Shown piece by piece: positions 38,777 to 51,819 of a stretch of DNA of 64,000 nt (positions are counted from its first letter, which is position 1; each line of letters starts with the position of its first letter). Source of the DNA: Ruditapes philippinarum (taxonomy: Eukaryota); NCBI RefSeq assembly GCF_026571515.1, contig NW_026863152.1:186001-250000 (forward strand), read 5' to 3'. Position numbers and translations under genes: made by a program. The notes below the pieces were generated by a model, which did no database searches, had not been told where the DNA came from, and saw only the letters and a program-made list of their open reading frames with translations.

Positions 38777-38784
38777 TGACGTCA
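38777..38784. promoter_or_regulatory. Full CRE (TGACGTCA) about 105 bp upstream of the kinase ATG
   Basis: Exact palindrome, with further ACGT-core sites at 38760-38810. Confidence 0.5.
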
Positions 38785-38901
38785 ATTAAACAACGTCGTC
38801 ACGTCTCGTTCTCGTTAAAAAACGTTGTCCGACTCAACAGCGATACTACATTCATTGTGGAATAACAAGATGCTTCCCGAGTTTATAAAGGATATTTAAG
38901 T

Positions 38902-39040
38902 GTTTTTTTCTATAAATACATGATTTATTTTCATTGAGTGGTATAAAAATGAATATTTCATGAGTGGCGGTAGCCACGAGTGAAATATGGTAATTTTCAT
39001 GCCAGAAGATGAAAATAAATCATGTATTTATAGAAAAAAC
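38902..39040. repeat. ~140-bp imperfect palindrome (31-bp perfect outer arms, GGCGGTAGCC centre), probably part of a non-autonomous transposon
   Basis: TTTTTTCTATAAATACATGATTTATTTTCAT and its exact reverse complement. Confidence 0.8.
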
Positions 39041-40922
39041 TTGAATTTCTGTTTAATATATACATTTTTCTCTTTTTTGACATTAAAATTTAAAATACTT
39101 GTCCTTAAATGTTGTGTACTGGCAGAATTTAAAAGAAAGTACATGTAGTCCGGCAAGACACCAGTGAAAATACGGAAAATATGTTTCACTGCAGTGAACA
39201 ATTTATTTTTACAGTAAAAATACGGAAAATGAAAATAAGCATTTTATTTCATCAATATTTCATTTACAAGTATATAATAAATAAATTTATCTAATATAAG
39301 ATTGATCTCTATGTAAACGTTAAGTTTCCAAATGGTTACTCATTGACTATAATTAAGTCTAAAAAGGCTTGTCTACGGCAAAATTTCATCTAAAAATTCA
39401 TTTTCACATGACGTCGCTTGTTTTAATTTAATCTAATGTAACAAATGGGTTTTTCTTTAAAGATGAATTGTACAATCCAGTTTTTTGTTGATTTGGTTTT
39501 ACGGCGCACGGACAAAATTTAGGTCATATAGCGCCGAAACAGGAAAGATGATTTCGGCTACCCTCGAGAGCAACACCAGGAGTCGAAACCATCGGACCTG
39601 CTGGAGGAAAGAGATGCTAAGACTTTAATAGTTCGAACCCATTTAGTTGCCTCTAGATCACACGAGGGAAAAAGGTGGCTGCAATTCGTATGCCAAAAAG
39701 AAATCAGCGATATTGCCCGTTAAGAGGTGATTTTGTCGTCGATTTTTGGCATTTTTCTGGCTTAATTATATCACGTGATACAAAGAATCTACAGAGACGT
39801 TATTTCATACAGACGAAGATTAAAATCATTCTTGGTCTGCTACGACATACGACCAGGTGCTGACCATGGTTACCGTCACGTCCATGCCGCCTGATCATGG
39901 TCGGCACTGTTGGTATTTCAATCAGTACATATTTTAAACAATTGATTTTATATATGTAGGTATTTGTTGCTATATTAATATTCTGTGACTCATATTGACA
40001 TTCTGAAATTTTGGAGTAGTTTTGTTAATTGTTTAAATTACCATACTTAATTTCTTAAATAATGTAAATATGTTATAACCGCCACGGTAACTTGCGATGA
40101 ACATGTACTTGTCTTTGCCAATAAAATATTCGACTTGCTTTGACTTTAAAACTTTCCCTGATTACACGATGAATGGCTTCGTTCAGATTGAAAGGCGGAT
40201 AAGTTTATTTAAAATAATTATAAAGCGTGGTCAGCGTTCAAGGCTTGTCACGCGACCGCTTCTTCCCGCTTTCTATTTATTCGGGCTTATTGTTTTATAG
40301 AGGTCTTTCTAAAATGACGATTAGAGTAAAATTCTATACTGTATATGTAATTAGTAATATTACTCATATTAAGCCTCAGAAATGCTGCCATTTCTTTTTC
40401 TCAAAAACATTTTAATTTTTTTTGGTATCTTATTACGTTTAAAAAAACTCATTTGCCATATATGTAGATGAACTATCTTACTAGATTCTATATTGGTCTT
40501 TTTGCTTTGTTGTCAATTGGTATAATTCTAGCGAATTACTATTTTATACAGAAGTCAAAATACAATTTTGTTTACATTTTGCTTCCTTTACAACACATTA
40601 CTGCACATTAAGCGCTACTTTCCTCAGTTGTTAACATCAAAATTACCCTAAATCCTTTATTAAAACATTATTTAACATATGACTGACATTTCTAAAGAAT
40701 TTTTTAAATATGGATTTCTGAAGGAACGTGTGCCTTTAAATACTTAATACATGGAATAGGTACAATCCCAGCATAATGCCAACACTTCCACTTATAGAAA
40801 TTTCCTAATACATGTTGTATTTTGGCGCCAAAATTAAACCACAACCGCACGTTGACCTGGCAGTGCAGATAAAAAAAGATTATTTTCCCCGCAATCACAT
40901 GCTATGGTAAAGGGGGCTAGGG

Positions 40923-41036
40923 GTCGAGGTGGACTTGTTGAATAGAACAGCTAACTAAGGCATCATTTATACATGAACAGTCGAGGTGGACTTGTTGAAT
41001 AGAACAGCTAACTAAGGCATCATTTATACATGAACA
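40923..41036. repeat. Perfect 57-bp tandem duplication
   Basis: 40923-40979 is identical to 40980-41036. Confidence 0.95.
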
Positions 41037-41842
41037 TAAAAGTCCCAGTTTATTAAAGATTGCTTCCTTTCTTTATACATTGTAAATGGTAACTGGGAAC
41101 GAGTGCAGATGGTCTTGTGTTTTTAAACTCCTTACTTGCTGACTTTTGAGAAGTTGATTTGCATAGCTCTGATTTTTTTAATATAAAGCCTGGTGTGGCA
41201 TAAAATCCAAGGAAAGTAAAATAAATACATGTAAATAAGTTGAACTCTGAGATACAAAAATTTATAGTCAATCACCAATGCGTTCACTTAATTACCGTTA
41301 ACAAAATCATTATTTTTACAAATACATTTATTTCATATCATAAATAGTAAAAATATTTCTTGTTACATGTATATCATATGAAGTCATGGGGAAACTTTCA
41401 AACATGATGAAGACATTAATAATATTATCAAACTTTTAAATATTGTGACAAACTAAGCTTGAAATTTTAACAAATCATGCATTTGCAGTGATGAAATACC
41501 AGATGAAATAACAGATCTTAAAATTATATATCATATAAACAAACAGTAACAGATTATGTTCCTTTATAATTTTAATGTAATTGCATTCTACAAAAAATCA
41601 TCTTCTAACAAAGTACCTTTAAAAAAATCCAACTTGATATTTGTTTGAAATACACCCAATGATTATCTATTGTTTTTGTTACTAAACTTGAACACATTTA
41701 CTTCAAATTTATAAACCAAAAAACAACTGGAAAATTATTTCAAGCACTCTCAAGTCTACTTCAAGTTTCAGGAAAAACACAATACTTTCCTGGTGAGCTC
41801 ATCTTTTTCATAATGCTGTATTAACCACCAAAATGAGACCAT

Positions 41843-44800
41843 TCATAAAAATGAAGTTCCGGTGCCACCGGACTGAAACCGCGAACCCAACTCTCGAGAT
41901 CGTTTAATGTAAGCTTGTTTCTGAGCATTGTCAAATCTGTTCACTTTGAGATCAAGGTCACGGTCAAAAGGTCGCCTCTCCTCACCTTTATCTTTCTTCT
42001 TCTTTTTCTTTTTCTCTTCCTTTTTCTGAAAAGAAAAAAAAATACATTTAGCAATGTTATAAAATTGTCATTCAGAGTACAGTAAAACTTCTACAAAGTA
42101 ACACCCTTTGGGAGACAACGGTTTCGACTGTTGATGACAGGTGTTATGATAACAAGATCACAAACCAACACAGTTTATCAAAACATGTTTCACTTTATCA
42201 AAGCTGCATGCCTCCAGATGAGCGAAAATTATTTCAATAAAAGAAAAACGTACTAAGATTTTAGGGAAAGTAAAAATATTCAAGATTCAAGTAATAATTT
42301 ACATGTTATGATTAATGACTGATTATTAGGTATTTACATGTATAACTATATTTCTAATACGTTACTAATGCAGTAAAGGCTATTTTGTCATATTTTGTCC
42401 TCTTTTTAGTCATTAACGTGGGTTGTAAGTGCCATTGATAAAGTGTAAGGTTATTTCAATAAATAATACGTTTAAACATATTTTCAAAATTTTCATGAAA
42501 ATTAGAATGAATCTGGAGGCATGCTGTTTTAAGCTTCATTGGTAGATAAAATAATTAGTTGCCTTTAGTTGTTATACAAAGTTTAATTTATTGTTAATTG
42601 TTACTTCAGAAACAAACAATACTCCATTTTCTTTAAAGAGGTTATTACACTTTAAAGAACCACTCTTCAAGGGTTTCACTGTATACCAATTATCAATATT
42701 TTATGTCCTTTTGGTGTAATGAACTGCATTAATGTAAGGGAAATTATTTCTAATTTAATGTTTTTATCAAGAAGTTTACAAATACTCAGGAAGAAATAGT
42801 TTTGTCAAATGAATATTATCTCTAATAATCATCTCAATATTTGTTTTAAAGTGGATTCAATTGGTCTACAATGAGCATATTTTTTTCATAAGTATGTCAG
42901 ATATTGATAAAAACAATAAAAATATATTATATAACATTTGGATATTGTTGTAACAGGATGTTGATAAGAGTTCTTAATTGATTTAGTATGATCATATATC
43001 TGATGAATACTAATATTTTGTTCTAGAACACTTTTCATCTGCTATATATTTATATGTCATATCACATCATGTATGCAACACTTACCAACAAAATTCATTT
43101 ATACTTCTTTTGCAGACAAGGGGGTAATTCATATTCTGGAGTGGGTTTGGCATTTTTATAAGTTTCCGACAGAGGGTCATTATAATACAATTAATGACTA
43201 GTGTGCCATTGAATATGATGTGATATTCACCGGCAGATGACATATTGACCAAGGCGTAACTTTTAACTATAATTGTAAAGTAACAATATTTTAATTGAGA
43301 AATATACCATAAAGAACAAAACGCAACAATTATATTTTAATAAGCACGCGTTATTTACAGTCTAAGATATATGGTCATTGAATATGAGACTCAATCTATT
43401 TTTAGACTTAGAAAATCCAATTCAGCCAGTAAATATGATACTAAACCCAGTGAATATGATTCTATAAAAAGTTCTGTTGACTACTGTTTGGACCAATGAG
43501 ATTGCAGCTATATTTAGATCATATTATAATCAAATTTATGTATGATTTTCACTAAAAGAACATATAAGTAAATATCCAAACCTTTACGTTAATATTATAT
43601 TTGATGCATATTTTGAAAAACAGAAAAGTGAAATCCTAGAGGGGTCATGATTCTCTTACACCCCTCTGGATTTGCACACATGGAGTATTTTTTTTTATTT
43701 ACATAAAGAATGATATCTACCGTATTACTTCAGTGGTAAGAGAAATTCTATTCACATCACTATCTTCAAAACATGAAGAAAGATTATTGTATATATACAT
43801 TGTATTATGTAAGTGTATACCTTTTTCTTCTTCAATTCCTTCTTGTGCATGTCCAGCAGAGACTCTGGGCGATGTTTTTTCTGTCAAAACAAAATAAGAC
43901 ATCATCTCTTACTATCCATACATCAAACGCAATAGGATGTGCCCCTTGATGGCAATACTTACAAGTGTCATCATAAACAATCTATGAAATTTAACATCAG
44001 ACTATGATGGGAATGCTGACAACTATTCTAAACCTAGACATGGGGGTGAGTCATATTTTCTACTTGACTTTTATTCTACTTAAAACATATCTAGCACAAA
44101 TGCTTAATTGCACTGTCCTATTTTTTTAATCAGTGTGTTAATCTATTATTTCCTTTTGAGATTTGGACGCAACAAGAAATAAAGGCATACATTGAGTACA
44201 AAGTTTCAAAGAAGATGAACTAACTGAACAGTAGCTGTTCAAGAAGGTGTATGACAGGCCACAGAAGTAAATGACATCATGAAGACACAAAAATCTCCCT
44301 AAATTATTCCATTAATTTCATACAGAAGAAGCAGATTTTTTTTCTTACATTATATGCTTCAATTTCTTTTGTTGCTTGTTTGTCTTTGTCACTCTTGAAA
44401 TGATGATTCCTGTCCTTCTTCTTGTTCTTGTCATCCTATAAAATACAGGCATGATAAAAGCATTTAATTTTCATTTTTTGAAAAATTATTTTTGGATTGT
44501 TTTTTTTTTTGCACCACACAGTATAGATTATATGGCAACTTTCTATCTATACTGGAAGAGGAAGAACTCAAGTGCTCCTCTGTGTATTATTTCAGGTACA
44601 AATGGCACCAGAGTAGAACCACCATCGTTCCCTAAGCTAGCTGGATAGGTTCTTCAAATCAAAAATTTAAAGTCCCTATTGAAATTCAAACCCACAGCAG
44701 TGAGGGGCAAGTGGTTTGAAGTCAACAACCTTAAGGCTTAACCAATCGACAATGGATGCCCCAATTATTAAAATATTGTGCAATTTAAAATATATCAAAT

Positions 44801-47800
44801 TTTATTGGGACGTACTTCAAACATTTTTCATGCATTTTAATACACAGATATGTCAATAAGCCCTTCAGCATGGTAAACATTTTCCACAAATATTGTGCTG
44901 AGTGAAATTTCCCTAAGCACAAAGACTGAAGCTCAGCCCACTGACTTAAACTATGTGAACATTTTCAAATCTGTGAACATTAAGTCTACACAATTACCGT
45001 ATGCATAATTATACTGACCAATATTTTACAACTTATGATTCAATATCTTGTTCATTACCTTATTTTTCTTGCCCTTCTCATGTGGTGCCTCTGTCCAGCT
45101 CGAATCTTGTTCGGGGGCATCTCTCGCTCTAAACTGTCTGTTGCTCAAACCAAAACTAGCACCCATCTGCTCTGGTAATTCTGTCATCCAACTTTCTCTC
45201 TGTTTCGGTACTTCAGCCTCATCTGTCTATAACAGAAAATTACAAATTAGTCATTTAAATTAATGTCTTTAACTACATGTGTAGTTAAGAAGAAAGGAAA
45301 AGTAAAATGTAAACTTGCATAAAAGATATCAGTCACTCTAATTGTACATTAGTTTATACAAATTTATTTTAGTTTGATTGTGTTGGAAGCTATAAGCTTA
45401 TTGAAACACTCTCGAAGAATTGTACATTGATAACCAATCTGTATTTGTTACTTTATATTATACACTAATTTCATTTTCAGATCATGTCAGAAAGTACTAT
45501 GCCTATTCGATGTTATTGATATAACTGTTGCTCTACTCAGGTACCCTTTTATGTTTCAAATCATTTAATGCATTGAGGGTTACTTCAGGTCTTCCAACAA
45601 GGCTACGAACTTTCCACATAACCTCATCAGCCGTAACTGTTACTTATAACCCAATTGTAAGTGCAATTCGGAACTGAATATCAAATTTCATGAGGGAAAT
45701 GAGGAATCCTTTCTATTTCTTGGCCTAAAAAAAATTGAAAACCTAAGATTTTTAGTATTATGAACACAGTGCAACATCATTAAATTTTCATGTTTATAAA
45801 ATAAAATCATAAATTAAGTTTCACATGCTATTAACGCCTTAAAAAAACAACAACAAAAGCGAAACATTAAGCAAAATTACTGTTGTGGTTGCTGTTAATT
45901 TCTGTTTCATTTTCATAGCTCTAGCTTCAAACTCATTCACTGCAGAAAGGTCATCTTGTGAAGCCTGCAGACCTAAACTTGGTCCTATTACTTCATCATC
46001 ATCACTTCCTTCACTATCTTTCTGCATATTGCTATCACTTTGAGGTAGCGAAGCACCTAGTTCTCTAGTGTTTTTATCCAGTGGTACAGTCTGTGATGAT
46101 GAAATGTCTTTTGCCCTTTCGGATACATGTGATCGCTTTATTTTCTTTCTATGCCTACAATTTGAATCACTGTCTGAAGATGATGATGATGATGATTTTG
46201 AGTCTGAATCTGAGTCTGAACTATACTTGGATGAATGAGGAAAATTTGATGGCAAAACAGGGCCTATAACTTTAGCACTTTTTTGTTGTTTACAGGTGGA
46301 TGGTGCAGTTGAATGTGGGCTGTTAGAGGTAGGTTTGGTGCTGGCAGGAGGTAAACTCGGTCCATATTGGTCGTCATCATCATCACTGTCATTGGAAGCT
46401 TGCTGCATACCTTCATAAATATAAATCAATAAAATTTTAATACTAGAATTATACAGAAACCTTAAAGCTGCATGGCTCTGGATGAGCCAACATATTTCAA
46501 GAAAATCAAACTTGAGAAAAATTCACTAGAGAAGTACAATAATTTTCAAGATTCTATATCTTATATTCAAGTAATATTTCATTCTCTTTCACAGTGTCAG
46601 ATGTGCAAGTTATACTCAATCCTCTGAGTCACTCTTGGTACACATTTCTCACACAGTCACTCTCTATTTTATGCAAAAATGCTTTTTCAGTGTTTTAAGT
46701 GGATTCCTCAATCCTCCAAGGATTTTGCATATTCCTTATTCTCTGTACTATAAGCCTACCAACTTCTGTCAAAGATACTAACAATATTTCAAGGGACATA
46801 GTTAACTGGACAAGCAATTTGAGATTGGCACTGCATTATCTTATCCTTAGACACAAGCTTTGTGAGTGATTGGGATTACATTTTTACATTTACACTTTGG
46901 GATGACATCCCCAGTGTCAATACTCACTGAAGCTAAAAACTGAGAATACACCGATTAATAGTTTCCGAACTAGCAGACAACAGGCTATTCCTTAGTATCA
47001 GTAGTTTTTCAAGTAAAGAAAACTGGTAGCCTATCTCACTTTATAAAATGTATGTAAAATGGTCTGACATATGGTAGGTTTAACAGTTACTTTAAATACT
47101 TTGGTGTTAAAAGGTGTGTTGAAGTAATACTGTGACGAAGCTAAGATCCAAAGCTTTCTATGGATGTAATAAATTTTATAATCAGACAATTAATCACAAC
47201 AAATTAATGGTAACTGTTTAAAAACTATTTAACTTTTATTGTTTTAGCATTTATAAGAGATATTGATTTTACTCAAAGATAAGGGAAACAACAGTTATTA
47301 GTATTTTTCACTTGGTTATTAACATGTACATACTTCATATCGAAAGTATTTATAAATGGGTGTATTGCCCCTTATAAAAGATGAAAACAAACAAACATTA
47401 ATTAGTTTTAAGTTGTATAAAACCCGCACGAGTATCGGACCTGGGAAGAAAATATGACCACATTGAAAAAAAACCCTCTGTGTTCATCTTAAATGTGTCA
47501 AAAACCAAAAATAAAAAAAAAATAAAAAAATTTTAGCCCCATTAAAGATATACTATAAGTTTAAAGTATATATTTAACGGGGCTCAATTTTTTTTTTTTT
47601 TTTTTTTTTTGGTTTTTGACACATTTAAGATGAACACAGAGGTTTTTTATCAATAAGGGCTGGCAAAATCTGATTTTGACTTACTTAGATTTTGCCTGCC
47701 CTGTCAATGGGGTCATATTTTCCTCCCAGGTCCGATACTTGTGCCTAAGTATAAAACTGTATAAAACTGTATTTGTTGTTTCTTGATTTTGAAATTATTG

Positions 47801-48340
47801 TACATATTTTGATTTAATTGATTACAGAATACCTAGAGTGAAAGAAATTTGTCAGTTCACATGTATTTTTTTTGAACACTCTTGAAAGCAAGTGTAGCGT
47901 CCATTAGTTGAAATCATCTCCAAACCTATTATAATAGCAGCAGAATATTTTGGTTCGGAATATTTCATTCTGTTAATGGCAATATTCATGTATGTTATAT
48001 TACCAAGACATTCTATGTTACAAATCTTAAGCTTTTGAAAACAACATAATTTTTCAGTTTTTCAACTTTTATAAAAAATTTCAACAGATACACGTAAAGC
48101 TTTAAAGACCCTCAAAAATTTAAGTATTAAATTTAACATAAAAAGGTTTATTTGGGGGTTAGACAAAGCAAATACAACATGGTACGAATTGTAGAGGGAC
48201 GGATTAATTAAAATGCGAGCATATTAAAGGACGAATAAGACTGATCCCAAAAAACAGTTTTTACTATCTTCTTGCTCGTTTTTTTTTTATCTTTTACCTG
48301 GTGGTAAAGAAGGTCCATAAATATCTTCGGTACTTGACAT
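41843..48340 (-). CDS. GPALPP1: GPALPP motifs-containing protein 1 (DUF3752), 356 aa; exons 48340-48298, 46410-45881, 45226-45059, 44435-44349, 43880-43821, 42025-41843
   Basis: Repeated GPSLPP/GPVLP motifs, RESWMTELP, SSWTEAP, RPESLLDMH, RRPFDRDLDL, LGSRF; all introns GT-AG; phases consistent (1071 nt). Confidence 0.93.
42198..42532. mobile_element. TTAA-type (Kolobok-like) MITE family B
   Basis: TIR GCATGCCTCCAGAT / ATCTGGAGGCATGC; other copies at 54678-54989 and a left end at ~46462-46570. Confidence 0.75.
44511..44762 (-). mobile_element. Near full-length Meta-like tRNA SINE in GPALPP1 intron 3
   Basis: Reverse complement matches the head and core of 13566-13726, plus ATCCAGCTAGCTTAGGGAACGATGGTGGTTCTACTC. 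Confidence 0.75.
47426..47744. mobile_element. Foldback MITE in GPALPP1 intron 1
   Basis: Terminal arms GCACGAGTATCGGACCTGGGAAGAAAATATGACC / GGTCATATTTTCCTCCCAGGTCCGATACTTGTGC; inner arms CTCTGTGTTCATCTTAAATGTGTCAAAAACC also complementary. Confidence 0.85.
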
Positions 48341-48502
48341 TTTGGCCTGACAAAGCACACATAAATAGCAAATAGTTTTTAATTTTGTTTCAAATCAGTC
48401 TCAATTACACAAACGCTTTCAAAACTTAAAAAAAGCTTCCAGTGATACAGATTAGAAAAACAACTTGTGCAATTTTCAAAACTTCTAATTTATCATTTCG
48501 AC
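48341..48502. promoter_or_regulatory. Compact bidirectional promoter between GPALPP1 and PIN4
   Basis: Divergent ATGs at 48340 (-) and 48503 (+). Confidence 0.8.
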
Positions 48503-51500
48503 ATGCCGAAAAACAAAGGTGGCGGTGGTGGTGGTGGAAAAGGTGCAAAAAGTAAAGGGGCAGAGGGTGGTGGCGATTCTCAACAGAAACAAGCTAAAGG
48601 AGGAACAGCAGTTAAAGTAAGTGACATAGATTTCGGATAATATATTTTTCGGATAAAACTGGATAGACTGAACTGTTAAATATTACTCAGAATATGCCCC
48701 ACTTATTGAATGTTATTGGTCATTGATAATGGAAAAGATATACTCACTAACAAAGTTCTATGCTCCTGCGTTTATGAATAAATTATGCAAATAAGCCAGG
48801 TTGAGCCACCGTTATTTGACCGGCTGGAATAAAAACTACCATGACGGTGACAATGCTGGATATGTAATGAAAATTACGCCGTGTAGTGCAAAGATTTTAT
48901 GTAATGAAAATTACGCCGTGTAGTGCAAAGATTTGGACATTGCAATTAAAATTAACACTTACGTTGACTCAAACTGTTCCTTGTCAGCAAAATTGAAACC
49001 GAAAGTAGTGGTTGTTCTAGAACTTTAAATCGAATAAAATGGGTGGGATTTAACCACCGCGCATGCCCTGTGCGAACGTATTGTTTACATCCGGTTGTAG
49101 CATAGGGTAAGAGTGCAAACTTTGTTAGTGATACTCTAAAGATGGGACATTTCAAATGAAAATATTGAAGAATATTTTTTAAAAAATCATAATATTATAC
49201 CGCAGTATAGGTCCAAAAAAAATATTGCAAACCAAAAAGTAGCCTAACTAATTCGGTTTGATGCATTTAACAGATAATTTTTTTTCCTACTGTCAAACTG
49301 TTTTCCTTCTGTCAAAACATTACAATTTACATAGCCTGATATCTCTATGACAAGTTAAATTAGTTGAACTAACCAAAAATTGTACCTTGAATGGGAAAGC
49401 CAAATACTTATAAATGATGCATCATAAATTCAGAAACAAATATTGTTCGATATATTTATCCTTGAAAATTGCGTTACACAAGAAATAATAAAATATTCAA
49501 TTTCAGGTTCGTCACATTTTATGTGAGAAACAATCCAAAGCACTAGAGGCAATAGAAAAATTAAAAAGTGGAATGAAATTTAATGAAGTTGCTGCTCAAT
49601 ACAGTGAGGACAAAGCTCGGTCTGGGGTTAGTTGAAACTATGTTGAAAAAAATTATCTTCCCAAGAGAAAAGTTTTGGAAAATCAGAGAGTTTTTGATTG
49701 CGCAAGTTGAACTTTGTCAATCTACATAAAGATTAAGTACCGGTAAAGCAAAAAATCAAAGCACAGAAGGTGCTGAATTTGTTTGGGTCTCAGAATGTAA
49801 GAAAGGTGCAGGTTGTGAGATTATATGTATAGTGCCACCAATGCTTTCCAGCGTTTTAATTGTAGTAAATTGGCTATAAGACTAATTGCAACACTGATAT
49901 TCAATCCAATGTTTATTTGACTTTAACAATTTGAAAAAAAATGAGTTACCTTTACTGGGATTTGAACTCCAGACCTCTCGCTTCCTAAGCGAGCCCGAAA
50001 ACCCTTCAGCCACGGTGAATTAATTTGTGAACGGGCTGAAGAAAACCATATTATTCTAAATTAGGGCTTGTAAGGACTTTAACTGTTGTTTAACACAGAT
50101 GTAAATAATCCTGGAGCTTACTATAAGCATTTATATTTATAAAAAATCAAAGTGCTGCAAGTTCTGTGGTATTTTCTGATCTTTGCAATCTAAATCGTAC
50201 TGTATATCTGTATGCATTTTCCTGTATAGGTTTATTTTTATGTATTATAATTCATTTTGCAAGGCACCAGAGTTTGATACATACGGAATTCTGCATAACT
50301 AGAGTTGCATCAAAAAATCATTTATGTTCATTTTTTACGACAGTTACACTTTATCCTTGCATATCATGGCTACTTCCTTAACAAAAACACTTAAAAAAGA
50401 ATTTATCAGAAAAAAAATTTTACTCGACTGGGATTCGAACTCGAGACCTCTCACACACTAAGCGAGCGCGTTACCACTGTACCACGGAGAAGTTATACAC
50501 AGAAAGTCTGAATAATATCAAGTCATTCTAAATTGAGAACTTCCATTGCATTTCGGGTTTGTAATCCTTATTAATTTCGAGGTATTTTGTTCAGGGTAAA
50601 CCTGTTGTTTAAAATTGAAGTAAATATTTTAGCGAAAATCCTCTCGCCCAAACAGTCCGACATGTAGAATCTATATATTCCACTATTCGGTTTGTGTAGT
50701 ATTCGGTTATAAATAGTATTTTCATTGATAAAATCATATTCATCCGCGTAATTTGTGATTGTGCATTTATTGACAATTCTATAAGCTAACGCTATTGTTT
50801 AACTTTACATGCGTTGTAATTTGTTGGATACTTGTAACAAAATAAAATATTTCTTTCTTTTAAATCGCTAGTTTTAAGCTGTTTTGAGAACTACTTGTTG
50901 TTAGGTTTGTTGTAAACTTCTGTGTCAGAGATTGAATGTCCGCTTTGTATTTAGTTATTTTCGATCAGAAAATACAATAAAACAATATTAGAAACCTTCG
51001 ACCATTCGGGAATTACTTTGCTTGAAAATTGATGCGCCTGTCTTTGACCATCTTTACGCAGTGATCTCCCCTGAATTTTTCGGCTTTAGTGTACATACAA
51101 AAGGGAAGTAACCGCTTCAAAAAAGTGGACTACTTTCGGCATTTGCAATTAAGAACATTATACTCTGAAATTTCGCTACCATTATTTGTTTGGTCTGACG
51201 ACCCAAACAAATAAAAAACTGAGTTAAAATTGAAGTCTTATTGATATGGAAGTCAAAGTATTTTTGAAATAACCATCAGCCCCTCAGCTTATTTATGTAT
51301 TGTAAAAAAAAATGTCTGTTATAAATGATCATGTACTATAGTAAACAATCAAATGTTACAATAATTGACAATGTTGAATAAAAGAAAGCTTTAGTAAATT
51401 AAAGAACTGATTCAATCGCTTGTAAGCATTTTTTTGTTTTAAGTTAACAAAATTATTTTAAAATTACCAAGAAGTGGTTAACTGCTAGATAAAATTGTCA

Positions 51501-51819
51501 GTTTTCACTGGCTGCTTTAAATCACAGACCTAAATTGACATTAAGGCCTGGCTTTAACTTGATAGACTATATAGAGAACTCTGGTGAAAGCAGAATCTTA
51601 ATTGCATCTGCTTGTATGTATATATATTCTGTTCAATGTGTTTGTAATTTTTGTTTTTAGGGTGACCTTGGCTGGATGACCAGAGGAAGTATGGTTGGAC
51701 CTTTCCAAGAAGCAGCATTTGCCATACAGAATAGCACAACTAACAGTCCCATATACACTGATCCTCCTGTGAAAACTAAATTTGGATATCATGTAATAAT
51801 GGTGGAAGGAAAAAAGTGA
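48503..51819 (+). CDS. PIN4: Peptidyl-prolyl cis-trans isomerase NIMA-interacting 4 (parvulin-14), 130 aa; exons 48503-48616, 49507-49626, 51661-51819
   Basis: [14 protein letters not shown].. basic N-terminus, [67 protein letters not shown]; phase-0 GT-AG introns. Confidence 0.97.
49945..50490 (-). mobile_element. Two related tRNA-like repeat heads (~49945-50015 and ~50422-50488) in PIN4 intron 2
   Basis: Minus strand TGGTACAGTGG A box and GTTCGAATCC B box; no paired acceptor stem; shared flanks (ATTCTAAATT, CTGTTGTTTAA). Confidence 0.55.

Noticed and set aside
50422-50488. Functional tRNA gene (also 12394-12450 and 49945-50015)
   Set aside because: A/B boxes present but no acceptor-stem pairing; treated as SINE or repeat heads.
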